DNA from: Candidatus Latescibacterota bacterium
Lineage (GTDB): Bacteria; Latescibacterota; UBA2968; UBA8231
Assembly: GCA_964291625.2 (NCBI GenBank)
Contig: OZ220090.1
Coordinates: 224,001 to 288,000 of the forward strand
Reading direction: 5' to 3'
DNA: 64,000 nt
Part shown: one piece after another, positions 1 through 10,405 of the stretch
Position numbering within the stretch: the stretch's first letter is position 1
Layout of the letters: each line of letters begins with the position of its first letter
The notes under the pieces: generated by a model
Told to the model about the DNA's origin: nothing
What the model saw: the letters and a program-made list of their open reading frames with translations, nothing else
The model's database searches: none
Program-made: the position numbers and the translations under genes

Positions 1-1
1 G

Positions 2-310
2 GCGGCCGAGGCGATCCTGGCGAGGCTGCGCGGCGGCGAGGGCGGCGAGCCCCTCGACCGGGCCCTGGCCCGGGCCCTTCGCGCCTGGGGCGCCGGGCGC
101 GTCCTGGCCGGCCGCGATCCCGGGGAGCCGGGGGACGGGGAGGAGGGCGAGGCGGAGGTCGGCGAGGAGGAGGTGCGGGAGGCGGTGCGCGCCGCCCTCG
201 ACGGGGGCCGCTTCGAGGCCGCCGTCCTCGAGCGCAGCCGGCCCACGAAGACCAAGTTCCGACTGCTGAGCCCCGGGGAGCTGGCCTCCTCCCTGGCCGC
301 CTTCGAGTAG
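2..310 (+). CDS. prcA: 20S proteasome alpha subunit, C-terminal part (5'-truncated by window)
   Basis: Frame 2 is open to TAG at 308-310. FEAAVLERSRPTKTKFRLL resembles the PrcA C-terminal EVAVLDxxRPxRxFRR motif. It lies directly upstream of pafA. Confidence 0.75.
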   Translation, partial: AAEAILARLRGGEGGEPLDRALARALRAWGAGRVLAGRDPGEPGDGEEGEAEVGEEEVREAVRAALDGGRFEAAVLERSRPTKTKFRLLSPGELASSLAAFE

Positions 311-315
311 GTCCC

Positions 316-1743
316 GTGCGCAACCGCCTCTACGGCCTGGAGATCGAGTACGGCTGCATGCCGCCCGACTCCGATCCCTTCCTCAGCCCCGACTACATAT
401 CGGTGAAGACCAAGGACTGCGTCTTCTACCGCGAGGGGCTGGGCATCGTCGACATCCACTACCGCGGGCGCGACGAGCCGCCGGGCAACGGCGGCTTCCT
501 GTTCAACGGCGGCCGCATCTACATCGACATGGGGCACGTGGAGTACGCCACGCCCGAGTGCCGCGGCCTCTTCGACCTGGTCGCCTCGGACCGCGCCGGC
601 GAGGTGATCCTGCAGCGCGCCCTCGACCAGCTCGGACTGGCCGACGAGGCGGGGTTCTTCAAGAACAACATCGACCACTACACGGGCGCCACCTTCGGCT
701 GCCACGAGAACTACCTGGTGCGCCGCGACGTGCCGTTCTCGCAGGTCCTGCTGCCGGCGATCCTGCCGTTCTTCGTGAGCCGGCAGATCTACGCCGGCGC
801 CGGCCGGGTCGGCTGCCACACCGACATCTTCGAGTACGGAACCGGCGAGGAGGGCGACGTCCCCTACCAGATCTCCCAGCGCGCCGACCACATCGTCACC
901 GAGATCTACCAGTGGATCCAGTTCAGCCGCGCCATCATCAACACCCGCGACGAGCCGCTGGCCGACTGGGGGCTCTACCGCAGGCTGCACCTGCTTGTGG
1001 GCGACTCCAACATGTCCGAGTACGCCACGGCGCTGAAGGTGGGCACCACGGCCCTCATGCTGGAGCTCCTCGAGGAGCGCATCGTGCCCGAGGTGAAGAT
1101 GCTCGACCCGGTGCAGGCGATCCGCGACATCTCGCGGGACCTGACCTTCAAGTGGGAGGTGCAGCTCGAGGACGGAAGCTACACCACCGCCCTGGAGGTG
1201 CAGCGCCAGTACCTGCGGCTGGCCGAGACCTACCTGCGCGGCAAGGACCCCGAGGGCGACTGGGTCCTCGACGAGTGGCGCCTCGTCCTCGACGCCCTGG
1301 CCTGCGACCCCATGGCCCTGATGGACCGCCTCGACTGGGTGACCAAGAAGTGGCTCCTGGAGACCTTCATGGCGGCGGAGGGCAAGGACTGGGACGACCC
1401 GTGGATCCAGTCGCTGGACCTGGAGTACCACAACCTGAATCCCTCCCGCGGCCTCTACCACGACCTGCGCCAGCGGGGACTGCTGCGCAAGGTGGTCGAC
1501 GACGAGCGCGTGAACCAGGCCATCGTCCGGCCTCCCGAGGACACGCGGGCCCGTGCCCGGTCGAAGGTGATGCGCGCCCTCACCGGCCAGAAGGCGCGCT
1601 ACGTCATCGACTGGGACTCGATCTACGTGGAGGACGAGAAGTATCTCAATCTCGACGATCCCTTCCTCTCGTACGAGGCGGAGACCGACGCCTTCATCAA
1701 GGAATGCGGCCGGGCGCCGGACGTGAGCGGCGCCGGGGCGTGA
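316..1743 (+). CDS. pafA: Pup/UBact-protein ligase (PafA/Dop family, PafA-like)
   Basis: Motifs GLEIEYG, NGGRIYID, EYATPEC, KNN..GCHENY, SQRA, INTRDEP and RRLHLLVGDSNMSE. DSNMSE favours PafA over Dop. Confidence 0.88.
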   Translation: MRNRLYGLEIEYGCMPPDSDPFLSPDYISVKTKDCVFYREGLGIVDIHYRGRDEPPGNGGFLFNGGRIYIDMGHVEYATPECRGLFDLVASDRAGEVILQRALDQLGLADEAGFFKNNIDHYTGATFGCHENYLVRRDVPFSQVLLPAILPFFVSRQIYAGAGRVGCHTDIFEYGTGEEGDVPYQISQRADHIVTEIYQWIQFSRAIINTRDEPLADWGLYRRLHLLVGDSNMSEYATALKVGTTALMLELLEERIVPEVKMLDPVQAIRDISRDLTFKWEVQLEDGSYTTALEVQRQYLRLAETYLRGKDPEGDWVLDEWRLVLDALACDPMALMDRLDWVTKKWLLETFMAAEGKDWDDPWIQSLDLEYHNLNPSRGLYHDLRQRGLLRKVVDDERVNQAIVRPPEDTRARARSKVMRALTGQKARYVIDWDSIYVEDEKYLNLDDPFLSYEAETDAFIKECGRAPDVSGAGA

Positions 1744-4700
1744 GCGTCCGCGGCCCGGCGGCGGTCTGGCCGGTCCTGCTCGGTCTGCTCGCCGCCCCCG
1801 CCGACGCCTGGCAGGCCGCCGACCCCTCCGCCCGCCCGGCGGGCCCGCCTTCGCCCGAGGCCGCCCGCGGCACCTACAACGCCCTGGTGATATTCGCCAA
1901 GTTCGCCGGCGAGGCCCCCGGGAGCGACCGCAAGCCCTCGTGGGCCGACGACCTCTTCGACGACAGCCGGCCGGGCAGCCTCACCCACTTCTACGACGAG
2001 ATGTCCGGCGGCGAGTTGCGGGTATCCGGGCAGGTCCTGCCGCGGCGCTACGAGTCCCTCGAACCGGCCTCCGCCTACCTGGCCGACAGCTCCGGCACCC
2101 TCGGTGACTTCGGCCGCTTCAACCGGGAGGTCCTGCAGAAGGCCGACGCCGACGTCGACATGGGCGCCTTCGACAACGACGGCCCCGACGGCGTGCCCAA
2201 CTCCGGCGACGACGACGGCTACGTGGACATCCTCTTCATCAACCTGCACACGGCGCCCGAGAACTTCTTCATCACCCGGGCCACGGGCATCGCCAGCCTG
2301 GGGCTGAACACCGAGTTCCTCTCCGACGACGAGGCCGCCGGCGGCGGGGTCATCCGGGTCCGCGACCGGTTCTCCGGGTTCGCCGGCACCACCCAGCGGG
2401 GCCACGTCTTCGGGGTGACGGCCGGGACCATGTGCCACGAGTTCGCCCACCTCCTCGGCCTGCCCGACCTCTTCGACCAGTCCTCGATCTCGGCCACCGG
2501 CGAGCTCGACCCGGCGGAGGAGTCGGCGGGCATCGGCAAGTGGGGCCTCATGGGGCTGGGGATCCTCGGCTGGGGAGAGGGGGACGGCCCCAACGCCTTC
2601 TCCGCCTGGTCCCTGGCGAAGCTGGGCTGGCTCGGGCCGGGCAACGAGCGCCTGGTGGAAGTGACCGAGTCGATGCGGGAGGTGGAGCTGGAGTCGATCG
2701 ACCGCGGCGGCCGCGTGCTCAAGGTGAGCCTGACGCCGGACGAGTACTTCCTCATCGAGAACCGCCAGGCCCACGGATTCTACAACCGCAACATCCCGGG
2801 GGGAGGGCTCCTGGTCTGGCACGTGGACGAGCGCGCCGACAACGACGAGGAGCGGCACAAGCAGGTCGACCTGGTCTGCGCCGACGGGCTCTACGCCGAC
2901 CGCGGCTACCCGGGCGGCGACCCCGACCCGGTCTCGGGGCGCGACAACCTCGACTTCCATTCCCGGGACCCAGCCTACGACGGCGAGCACAACGGCAACG
3001 AGGGCGACGCCACCGACCCCTTCGACGGGGTGAGGTTCCAGCGCCTCGCCTTCGACACCAACCCCGGCCTGCGCGGTCACGCCGGCTCCCGCCGCGGCGT
3101 TCCCCTCGGCTTCGTCCTCGACCGCATAACCCCCCTCGAGAACGGCCGCATGGGCCTGGACGTGCTGTTGCGCCAGCCGGCGGAGGGCCAGGTCACGGGA
3201 TCGGAGAGATGGTCGGGGGAGGTGGCCGTGGAGGGCGACATCGTCGTCGAGGCGGGGGCCTCCCTGACCCTGGCTCCCGGCACGAGAGTGAGCTTCGCCG
3301 CCGCCGACAGCCGCGGCACCGGCTTCGACCCGGGCCGCTGCGAGCTCATCGTCTACGGGGAGCTCGTCGTCGAGGGCGACAGCGCCGCGCCGGTGCGTCT
3401 GACCCACGCGGAGGGCAGCGGCTGGCTGGGGGTGCTGGTCTTCGGCGGCGGCAGCCCGGGGCTGGAGCCCGCGCGGGACGCCGGAGGACTGATTCTGGAA
3501 GGGGCGCGCCTCGGCATCGCGCGGGACCGCCTGCCGCCGGGGACGACCCGGTGGGGAGGGAAGCGGTCCATCCCCTGGGACCTGCTGGTGCCCGCCGGCG
3601 CGGTCCTGGACATCGCCCCCGGATCGGAGACCCGGTTCGCGCCCGGGGACCTGGCCCTTCGCGGCACCCTGCCGGAGCACGTGGAGCTGACCGTCGAGGG
3701 CCGCCTGACGGTGGCCGCCACCGCCGCCGACCCGGCGGTCTTCACCGTCGATTCGATCCTGCCCGAGGAGCTGTGGGCCGGCCTGCGGCTGGCCGCCGGA
3801 GGCGCCGTCGACGCCACCGGCCTTCGCCTCGATCAGGCGATCATCGGGATCGGCGGGGAGATGACGGCGGAGGGGGGGTTCCACCTGGCCGACGCCAGTC
3901 TGGAGCGGCTGGCGCGGGGCGTCGATGTCGGCCTCTTCGGCATGGCGACCATCGACCGCGCCACCTTCCGCTCCATCGCCGACCGGGCCGTCTGGGTTCG
4001 GGGGGCGGGCCACCTGCGGATGCGCAGCAGCGTGGTGGAGGAGAACGGCCGCGAGGGCGTCGTCACCAGCGGCGCCGGCCTCGTGCTGATCGACACGAGA
4101 GTGAGCGGCAACGGAGTCCTCGACAGCGGCGATCCGCGCTCGGGGCTGCTGGCCGAGGGCGGCGTGGGCCGGCGTCTCGAGCTGTGGCGGAGCACGGTGG
4201 AGGGGAACGAGCTCCACGGACTGGAGCTGGACGGCTGGAGAGGGGTGATCGAGCTCCACGGCACCCACATCACCGCCAACCGCCGCGACGGCCTGCGCGT
4301 CGACGGCGCCGAGAGGATGGTCTTCGAGGAGGTGGAGGTCCACCGCAACCGCGGCACCGGCGCCCATCTGGCGTCGACCGCCTCCGAGGTGTGGACCACC
4401 GACTTCGACACCAACCTCGGCGGCGGCCTGCGCGTGGAGGGGGGCACGGTGGCGGTGGAGATGAGCCATTTCACCGCCAACGGGGCCGTCCTCACCGGGA
4501 CCGCCGCCGCCGCGGTCCGCACCAGCGAGTTCGTCAACGCCGCGGTGGGCCTGCACTCCGTCGACTCGGCCCCCGCCATCGTCGGCAACCTCTTCACCGG
4601 CAACGTCACGGCCCTGCGCATCGACGGTCCGGCGGTGCCCGACCCGATCCGGGACAACCACTTCGAAGGCAACAGCCTGGCCTTGGAGAACCGCAGCGAC

Positions 4701-5129
4701 GAGGAGGTCGACGCGCGCGGCAACTACTGGGGCACCAACGATCCGGAGAAGATCGCCGGGCAGCTTTCCGGGGCCGCGCTCTGGACCCCCTTCCTCTCCG
4801 GGGAGCCGCCGGAGACCTCGGTCGCCGAGGGGGCCGGGGAGACGCCCCTGGAGTTCGTCCTGCGCGACCCCTGGCCCAACCCCTTCAACGCGGCCACCGC
4901 CATCGCCTTCGACCTGCCCCGGGCGGCGCCGCTGCGGCTGGCGGTGCACGATGTCCTCGGCCGCCGGGTCCGCACCCTGAGGGACGAGGCCCGGGCCGGG
5001 CCGGGCCGGTTCCGGGTGGTCTGGGACGGCGCCGACGACCGGGGACGGCCGGCGGCCAGCGGCGTCTACCTCGTGCGCCTGACCGCCGGTGCGGACCGGA
5101 CCTCGGGGCGGGTGGTGCTGGTGCGGTAG
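1740..5129 (+). CDS. Secreted M6-family (immune inhibitor A-like) metalloprotease with beta-helix repeats and C-terminal FlgD/Ig-like domain
   Basis: GTG start overlaps the pafA stop (GTGA). Signal peptide, HEFAHLLGLPDL zinc motif, EYFLIENRQ, GLLVWHVDE and a PNPFN...WDG..G..AASGVY tail. Confidence 0.85.
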   Translation: MSVRGPAAVWPVLLGLLAAPADAWQAADPSARPAGPPSPEAARGTYNALVIFAKFAGEAPGSDRKPSWADDLFDDSRPGSLTHFYDEMSGGELRVSGQVLPRRYESLEPASAYLADSSGTLGDFGRFNREVLQKADADVDMGAFDNDGPDGVPNSGDDDGYVDILFINLHTAPENFFITRATGIASLGLNTEFLSDDEAAGGGVIRVRDRFSGFAGTTQRGHVFGVTAGTMCHEFAHLLGLPDLFDQSSISATGELDPAEESAGIGKWGLMGLGILGWGEGDGPNAFSAWSLAKLGWLGPGNERLVEVTESMREVELESIDRGGRVLKVSLTPDEYFLIENRQAHGFYNRNIPGGGLLVWHVDERADNDEERHKQVDLVCADGLYADRGYPGGDPDPVSGRDNLDFHSRDPAYDGEHNGNEGDATDPFDGVRFQRLAFDTNPGLRGHAGSRRGVPLGFVLDRITPLENGRMGLDVLLRQPAEGQVTGSERWSGEVAVEGDIVVEAGASLTLAPGTRVSFAAADSRGTGFDPGRCELIVYGELVVEGDSAAPVRLTHAEGSGWLGVLVFGGGSPGLEPARDAGGLILEGARLGIARDRLPPGTTRWGGKRSIPWDLLVPAGAVLDIAPGSETRFAPGDLALRGTLPEHVELTVEGRLTVAATAADPAVFTVDSILPEELWAGLRLAAGGAVDATGLRLDQAIIGIGGEMTAEGGFHLADASLERLARGVDVGLFGMATIDRATFRSIADRAVWVRGAGHLRMRSSVVEENGREGVVTSGAGLVLIDTRVSGNGVLDSGDPRSGLLAEGGVGRRLELWRSTVEGNELHGLELDGWRGVIELHGTHITANRRDGLRVDGAERMVFEEVEVHRNRGTGAHLASTASEVWTTDFDTNLGGGLRVEGGTVAVEMSHFTANGAVLTGTAAAAVRTSEFVNAAVGLHSVDSAPAIVGNLFTGNVTALRIDGPAVPDPIRDNHFEGNSLALENRSDEEVDARGNYWGTNDPEKIAGQLSGAALWTPFLSGEPPETSVAEGAGETPLEFVLRDPWPNPFNAATAIAFDLPRAAPLRLAVHDVLGRRVRTLRDEARAGPGRFRVVWDGADDRGRPAASGVYLVRLTAGADRTSGRVVLVR

Positions 5130-5136
5130 GGCAGGC

Positions 5137-6561
5137 TCAGGACAGCAGGCGCTCGCGCAGCAGCTCCTGGACCCGCTGCGGGTTCGCCCGGCCCCGGGTG
5201 GCGCGCATGACCTGGCCCACGAGGAAGCCGATCGGCTTCGGGTCGCCGGCCCGCACCTTGTCGGCGGCGTCGGGCTGCGCGGCGATCACGGCGTCGACCT
5301 GCGACTCCAGCTCGCCGGTGTCCGAGACCTGCTGCAGGCCCCGCTCCTCGACGATGCCCCCCGGGGAGCCGCCGCTGCCGGCCATGACGCCGAAGACCTC
5401 CTTGGCGGCGGGGCCGCTCACCGTGCCGGCCGCGGCCAGGGCGATCAGCTCGGCCAGTTGCGGCGGCTTCACCTTCAGCGCCTCGATGTCGCCGCCGCTC
5501 TCGTTGAGGAGGCGGAAGATCTCGCCCGTGACCCAGTTGGCCGCGGTTCTCGGCTCGGCGCCGGCGGCCACGACCTGCTCGAAGTAGTCGGCCACGGCGC
5601 CGTCCTCGGCCAGCTGCGCCGCTTCGCCCGGGGCCAGGCCGAGGGCGGTGAAGGCCGCCGCCCTGGCGTCGGGCAGCTCCGGCAGCCGCCCCCGGACCTC
5701 CTCGATCCAGGCCTCGGCCAGATCGACCTCGAGCAGGTCGGGCTCGGGGAAGTAGCGGTAGTCGTCGGCCTCCTCCTTGGAGCGCTGTTCCCGCGTCACC
5801 TCGGCCGACTCGTCCCAGCCCATGGTCACCTGGCGCACCCGCCCGCCCGCCTCCAGCACCTCCACCTGGCGCCCGACCTCGTAGTCGATGGCGTTCCGCA
5901 CCGAGCGGAAGCTGTTCAGGTTCTTCACCTCCACCTTGGTGCCGAGGGCCTCCGAGCCGGCCGGGCGCACCGAGATGTTGGCCTCGCAGCGAAGGGCCCC
6001 CTTCTCCATGTCGCCGCTGGAGGCGCCGAGGTAGCGGACGATCTGGCGGATCTTCTGCACGTAGGCGCCGGCCTCGGCGGCGGAGCGGATCGAGGCGTCG
6101 GTGACGATCTCCATGAGGGGCACGCCGGCGCGGTTGAGGTCGACGTGGCTGGCGCCGCCCTCGTGGAGGAGCTTGCCCGTGTCCTCCTCGAGGTGGACGC
6201 GGACGATGCCGACCCGGCGGCTGCCGCCGTCGGCGGAGATCTCGACCTGGCCCTCCTCGCACAGGGGGCGCTCGTACTGGGAGATCTGGTAGCCCTTGGG
6301 CAGGTCGGGGTAGGTGTAGTTCTTGCGGGCGAAGACCGAGCGCGGGCGGATGCGGCAGTTCAGGGCCAGGCCGGTCATGACGGTGAGCTCCACGGCGCGG
6401 CCGTTGATCACGGGGAGGGCCCCCGGCTGGGCGGTGCAGACGGGGCAGACGTGGCGGTTGGGGGGCACCTGGAAGTGCTCGGCGGGGCAGGAGCAGAACA
6501 TCTTCGACGCCGTGCCCAGCTCGACGTGGACCTCCATGCCGATGATCGTCTCCCAGCTCAC
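5137..6561 (-). CDS. gatB: Asp-tRNA(Asn)/Glu-tRNA(Gln) amidotransferase subunit B
   Basis: [50 protein letters not shown] and YRYFPEPDL. Confidence 0.97.
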   Translation of the reverse strand: MSWETIIGMEVHVELGTASKMFCSCPAEHFQVPPNRHVCPVCTAQPGALPVINGRAVELTVMTGLALNCRIRPRSVFARKNYTYPDLPKGYQISQYERPLCEEGQVEISADGGSRRVGIVRVHLEEDTGKLLHEGGASHVDLNRAGVPLMEIVTDASIRSAAEAGAYVQKIRQIVRYLGASSGDMEKGALRCEANISVRPAGSEALGTKVEVKNLNSFRSVRNAIDYEVGRQVEVLEAGGRVRQVTMGWDESAEVTREQRSKEEADDYRYFPEPDLLEVDLAEAWIEEVRGRLPELPDARAAAFTALGLAPGEAAQLAEDGAVADYFEQVVAAGAEPRTAANWVTGEIFRLLNESGGDIEALKVKPPQLAELIALAAAGTVSGPAAKEVFGVMAGSGGSPGGIVEERGLQQVSDTGELESQVDAVIAAQPDAADKVRAGDPKPIGFLVGQVMRATRGRANPQRVQELLRERLLS

Positions 6562-8471
6562 GCTCCGTCTCCGCGATAGAGGACGTGGCGCCGCAGGAAG
6601 GCCTCGGTGGCGCGCAGGCAGTGGCGCCGGCTCTCCGGCCGGCGGAAGCCGTGGCCCTCGCCCTCGTAGACGTGGTACTCGTGGGGCACGCCCCGCCGCC
6701 GCAGGGAGTCGACGATGGCGTCGGACTGGCTGCGGGGCACGACCCGGTCCTCGTCGCCCTGGAAGAGGATCACGGGGTCGCGGATCGCCTCGGCGGCGAA
6801 CAGGGGGGAGCGCTCGCGGTAGAGGCCGGCCGCCTCCGGCAGGGGGCCGACGAGGGAGTCGGTGTAGCGGGACTCGAACTTGTGGGTCTCGTCGGCGAGG
6901 GCCAGCAGGTCGGAGATGCCGTAGCGGCAGACGCCGGCGGCGAAGAGCCCGGGGTGCAGGGTGAGGGCGCGCAGCACCGTGTAGCCCCCGGCGCTGCCCC
7001 CGGAGACGGCGAGTCTCCTCGGGTCGGCCAGCCCTTCGTCGGCCAGGTGCCGGGCGCCGGCGGCAACGTCCTCCACGTCGAGGACGCCCCACCGCCCCCG
7101 GAGGGCGGTCATGTAGGCCCGGCCGTACCCGGTGCTGCCCCGGTAGTTGACCAGCAGGACCGCCCAGCCCCGGGTGGCGAAGTACTGGGCCTCGGGATCG
7201 TACCGGAGGTCGGCCTGGCTGGTGGGGCCGCCGTGGACGTCGACGATCAGCGGCGGCGGGCCGTTCGCCCCGAAGCGGCGGCTCGCCGGAGGGTAGTAGA
7301 GGCCGTGGACCACCGTGCCGTCGGGGGCCGTCCAGCGCGGCCGCAGGGGGGTGGAGAGGTCGGCCGCCTCCAGGCGCTCGGCCGATGACCGCGCCTGCAC
7401 GGTGATCTCCCAACCGCCTCTCCGGCGGCGGGCGCTGCAGATGCGCTGCGGCTGCCGCGGAGAGGAGGCCGCCACGGCGATCCGGTCGCCCCGGGGGGCG
7501 GCGGCCAGGTGGGTGACGCTGGACCAGCCGGCCAGGGGCTCGAAGGGGCGCGGCCGGCCGTCGGGCAGGCCGCAGACGAACAGGCTCCGACGGCCGAGGT
7601 GGGAGCGCGTGAACCAGAGCTGGCGGCCGTCGCCCGAGAAGGCGAGGACCCGCACCCCCTGCACCCACGCCGGCAGGGCCACGTCGCCGTCCTCGTCGGG
7701 CGTCAGGCAGGTGGTCGAGCCGGAGTCCAGGTCGTGGAGCCAGAGCTGGCTGAAGCCGGCCTCGTCGCCGGCCCAGGCGAGCCAGCGGCCGTCGGGGGAG
7801 AACTCGGGCTGGCAGACCGCCCGGCCCTCGCCTCCGGCGACCAGCCGGCGCTCCGCCAGGACCGGCGCCGCTCCCGCGGGGAAGCGCAACCGGCCGACGA
7901 CGAGGCGGCTCGAGTCCCAGGGCATGTCGGGCAGGTCGTGCTCGACCCAGGCCAGCTGCCGCCCCCGGGGGTGCCAGGCCGGCTGCATGTAGAAGTCGGC
8001 CCCGTCCACCAGGGACCGGGGCCAGTTGCGCCCCCCGGCGTCGACCACGGCCAGGCGGTCGGTGGTCCCGTCGGTGTGGACGTAGACGATCCAGCGGCCG
8101 TCGGGGGAGGGGGCGGGGGCCGCGGGGTGGCCGAAGGAGGGGGTCAGCCGCCGGACAGGGCCCCCGGCCAGGGGGACCGCGCTCAGGTGGTCGCCGTCCT
8201 CGACGAAGACCACCCGTCCGCGGGCGACGGCGAACTCGCCGCCGCCGTAGAACACCCGGGTCCGCACGGTGTGGCCGCGGGTCAGCTCGACGGGCGCGGC
8301 CTCCCCCTGGCGGCGGCACACGACCACGGACTCGTCCCCGCGCCGCTCGAGCCACGCCAGGGTGCGGCCGTCGCTGTCGAAGGCGGGCGAGCCCAGGCCC
8401 ACGGCGCCGGCGGCGTCGTCCGCCGAGAGCGGGCTGTCCCACAGCCCGAAGGGGTGGAACTCCCGGCTCAC
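6558..8471 (-). CDS. S9 prolyl oligopeptidase family serine peptidase
   Basis: Beta-propeller region plus [21 protein letters not shown] nucleophile, QGDEDRVVP and GEGHGF. Confidence 0.92.
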   Translation of the reverse strand: MSREFHPFGLWDSPLSADDAAGAVGLGSPAFDSDGRTLAWLERRGDESVVVCRRQGEAAPVELTRGHTVRTRVFYGGGEFAVARGRVVFVEDGDHLSAVPLAGGPVRRLTPSFGHPAAPAPSPDGRWIVYVHTDGTTDRLAVVDAGGRNWPRSLVDGADFYMQPAWHPRGRQLAWVEHDLPDMPWDSSRLVVGRLRFPAGAAPVLAERRLVAGGEGRAVCQPEFSPDGRWLAWAGDEAGFSQLWLHDLDSGSTTCLTPDEDGDVALPAWVQGVRVLAFSGDGRQLWFTRSHLGRRSLFVCGLPDGRPRPFEPLAGWSSVTHLAAAPRGDRIAVAASSPRQPQRICSARRRRGGWEITVQARSSAERLEAADLSTPLRPRWTAPDGTVVHGLYYPPASRRFGANGPPPLIVDVHGGPTSQADLRYDPEAQYFATRGWAVLLVNYRGSTGYGRAYMTALRGRWGVLDVEDVAAGARHLADEGLADPRRLAVSGGSAGGYTVLRALTLHPGLFAAGVCRYGISDLLALADETHKFESRYTDSLVGPLPEAAGLYRERSPLFAAEAIRDPVILFQGDEDRVVPRSQSDAIVDSLRRRGVPHEYHVYEGEGHGFRRPESRRHCLRATEAFLRRHVLYRGDGA

Positions 8472-8845
8472 ACCTGCTCCATCAGCTCGATCTTCACGTG
8501 GTCGGGCCCGTCGATGAAGACGATGCGCTGCGTCGTCCCGGGCACCTCGACGGGGCCGAACCAGAGGTGGACGCCCTCCTTCTCGCAGTGGGCCAGGGTG
8601 GCGTCGAAGTCGTCGGTGGTGAAGGCGAAGTGGTCGACGCCCTGGTAGCGCCCCAGCTCCATCTTCGCGAACTCGCGGTCGGTGACCGTGATCTGGGTCT
8701 CGCCGACGTGGACCTCGACCCAGGTGGCGCCGGCGCGCTCGAAGGGCTCGCCCGCGGTGGCGCCGAAGACGCGCTTGTACCAGTCGACGGCCACGGCCAC
8801 GTCCTCGGCCTCGTGATGGATGTGCTGGAAGGTGTAGTTGGGCAC
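8468..8845 (-). CDS. VOC/glyoxalase family protein
   Basis: HIH, DHFAF and [12 protein letters not shown] pattern in a 125-aa protein. Confidence 0.8.
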   Translation of the reverse strand: MPNYTFQHIHHEAEDVAVAVDWYKRVFGATAGEPFERAGATWVEVHVGETQITVTDREFAKMELGRYQGVDHFAFTTDDFDATLAHCEKEGVHLWFGPVEVPGTTQRIVFIDGPDHVKIELMEQV

Positions 8846-8958
8846 GGTCCGCTCCTTTTGCTGGAGGTGTGGATTCGAGAATCCGGCCGGTCCGCCGGTT
8901 CCGGGGCGACAACTAGAGTCATGGCCCGATCGACGGCAACCGCTATCTTTGCGGAGAG

Positions 8959-9516
8959 ATGAGCCCCTCCGCCAGGTCCCGCCACCTGTCCCCCGACCCG
9001 GAATGGGAGAACTACTTCTCTCCCGAAGCGGAGCGCGCCGAGTCCCTCGAAGCGCTCCTGGGCCGGGTCCCCGCCTTCGCCGGGCTGGAGCCAGGGGAGC
9101 TGGCCACCCTCGTACGGCAGGTCCACGTGCGCACCTTCGCCCACGGCGAGGTGGTGCTGCGCCAGGGGGCCCCCCGGTCCGGCTTCTACGTGATCCGCAG
9201 CGGCTCCGTCCACCTCGTCGGCGAGGACCCGGGGGGCGTGGAGATCACCGACACCCTCGTTCCTCCCGCCATCATCGGCCGCTTCGCCCTCCTCGACGAG
9301 TCCCCGGCGCCCGCCACCTTCATCGCTGCCGAGAGGAGCGAGCTCGTCGGTTTCTTCCGCCCCGACCTGATGGACATCGCCGCCACCAACCCCGGCCTCG
9401 GATGCCGGATCCTGCTGCGGCTGGGGGAGGCGATGACGGCGGCCCTCAACAGGGACTACGCGAGCCTCGAGGCCCTGGGATGGCCCTTCGAGGACGGCGA
9501 GGGATCCCGCCCCTAG
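8959..9516 (+). CDS. Cyclic nucleotide-binding domain protein
   Basis: GEVVLRQG...FYVIRSGSV and GRFALLDESP form a degenerate cNMP fold. No HTH is apparent. Confidence 0.75.
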   Translation: MSPSARSRHLSPDPEWENYFSPEAERAESLEALLGRVPAFAGLEPGELATLVRQVHVRTFAHGEVVLRQGAPRSGFYVIRSGSVHLVGEDPGGVEITDTLVPPAIIGRFALLDESPAPATFIAAERSELVGFFRPDLMDIAATNPGLGCRILLRLGEAMTAALNRDYASLEALGWPFEDGEGSRP

Positions 9517-10340
9517 GATCTGCCCGCAGCGTCCAGGATCCCCTTCAGGTACTTCAGGCTGCCCGCCGCGATCGTCCTCGGGTCGGGCGCGAAGTCGAAG
9601 ACCTCCACCGACACGTAGCGCTGGTAGCCGGTCTCCTGGAGGGCGGCGAGGACGGAGGCGAAGTCGGTCTCGCCGAAGCCGGGGCCGCGCTTGTTGGCGT
9701 CGTTCACGTGCACGTGGTATAGATGCTCGCCCGAGTCGCGCACCTGCTGCGCCACGGGGACCGAGTCGGTGGAACCGGAGCAGACGTCCACCATGGTCCG
9801 GAAGTTGGGATGGCCGATCTCGGTCACCATGCGCCGCGCCTCCTCGGCGGTGGTGATGAAGTTGGTCAGCTCGGGGCTGAGGGGCTCGATGCACAGGTAG
9901 ACGCCCTGCTCCTCGGCCAGGGGCAGACAGTCCTCGAAGACCGCTTTCGTGCGCTCCCAGGTCTCGTCGAAGTCCCATCCCTCCTGCACGTTGCGCTGCT
10001 TCGGCGAGCCGATGATCATCACCTCGCCCCCGATGTCGCCGCAGAACCGGATGAGGGACTTGAAGTAGTCGCGGGTGCGGTTGCGGATGGCGTCGTCGGC
10101 GTGGTTGGTGTACAGCCCCTCGGGGCGGATCAGCAGCCAGTGGAGGCCGACGATCTCGACACCGGCGCTCAGGGCGGCGGCGCGGATCTCGTGGCGGCGT
10201 CGCTCGGGGATGTCGTCCACCGAGTCGGCGAGGGTGAAGGGGGAGATCTCGACGCCGTCGTAGCCCACCTCGGCGGCGTAGTCGAAGACCTCTTCGAGGG
10301 CCCATCCCTCGAAGTACTCGTTGCAGGTGCCGAACTTCAT
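9513..10340 (-). CDS. Sugar phosphate isomerase/epimerase (D-psicose/tagatose 3-epimerase-like TIM barrel)
   Basis: GYDGVEI, IEPL, HVHVNDAN..GPGFG and SVEVF. Confidence 0.88.
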   Translation of the reverse strand: MKFGTCNEYFEGWALEEVFDYAAEVGYDGVEISPFTLADSVDDIPERRRHEIRAAALSAGVEIVGLHWLLIRPEGLYTNHADDAIRNRTRDYFKSLIRFCGDIGGEVMIIGSPKQRNVQEGWDFDETWERTKAVFEDCLPLAEEQGVYLCIEPLSPELTNFITTAEEARRMVTEIGHPNFRTMVDVCSGSTDSVPVAQQVRDSGEHLYHVHVNDANKRGPGFGETDFASVLAALQETGYQRYVSVEVFDFAPDPRTIAAGSLKYLKGILDAAGRS

Positions 10341-10405
10341 TCGATCCTCTCCTCTGATGGTCGGGGCGCTCGGGGCGCGGAAGATAGGCGCCCCCGCCAC
10401 CGGCG

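Noticed and set aside
558-1739. N-terminal extension of the 1523-aa ORF
   Set aside because: It is an alternative frame over pafA with R/P/G-rich composition. The real gene starts at GTG 1740 with a signal peptide.
1623-4949. Long antisense ORFs (also 16001-18691, 45189-48767, 48559-51273, 60733-62730)
   Set aside because: These are shadow ORFs expected opposite high-GC genes and show no recognisable motifs.
5137-8442. Apparent 1101-aa GatB fusion
   Set aside because: The upstream part is an off-frame reading of the S9 peptidase gene. GatB begins at 6561.
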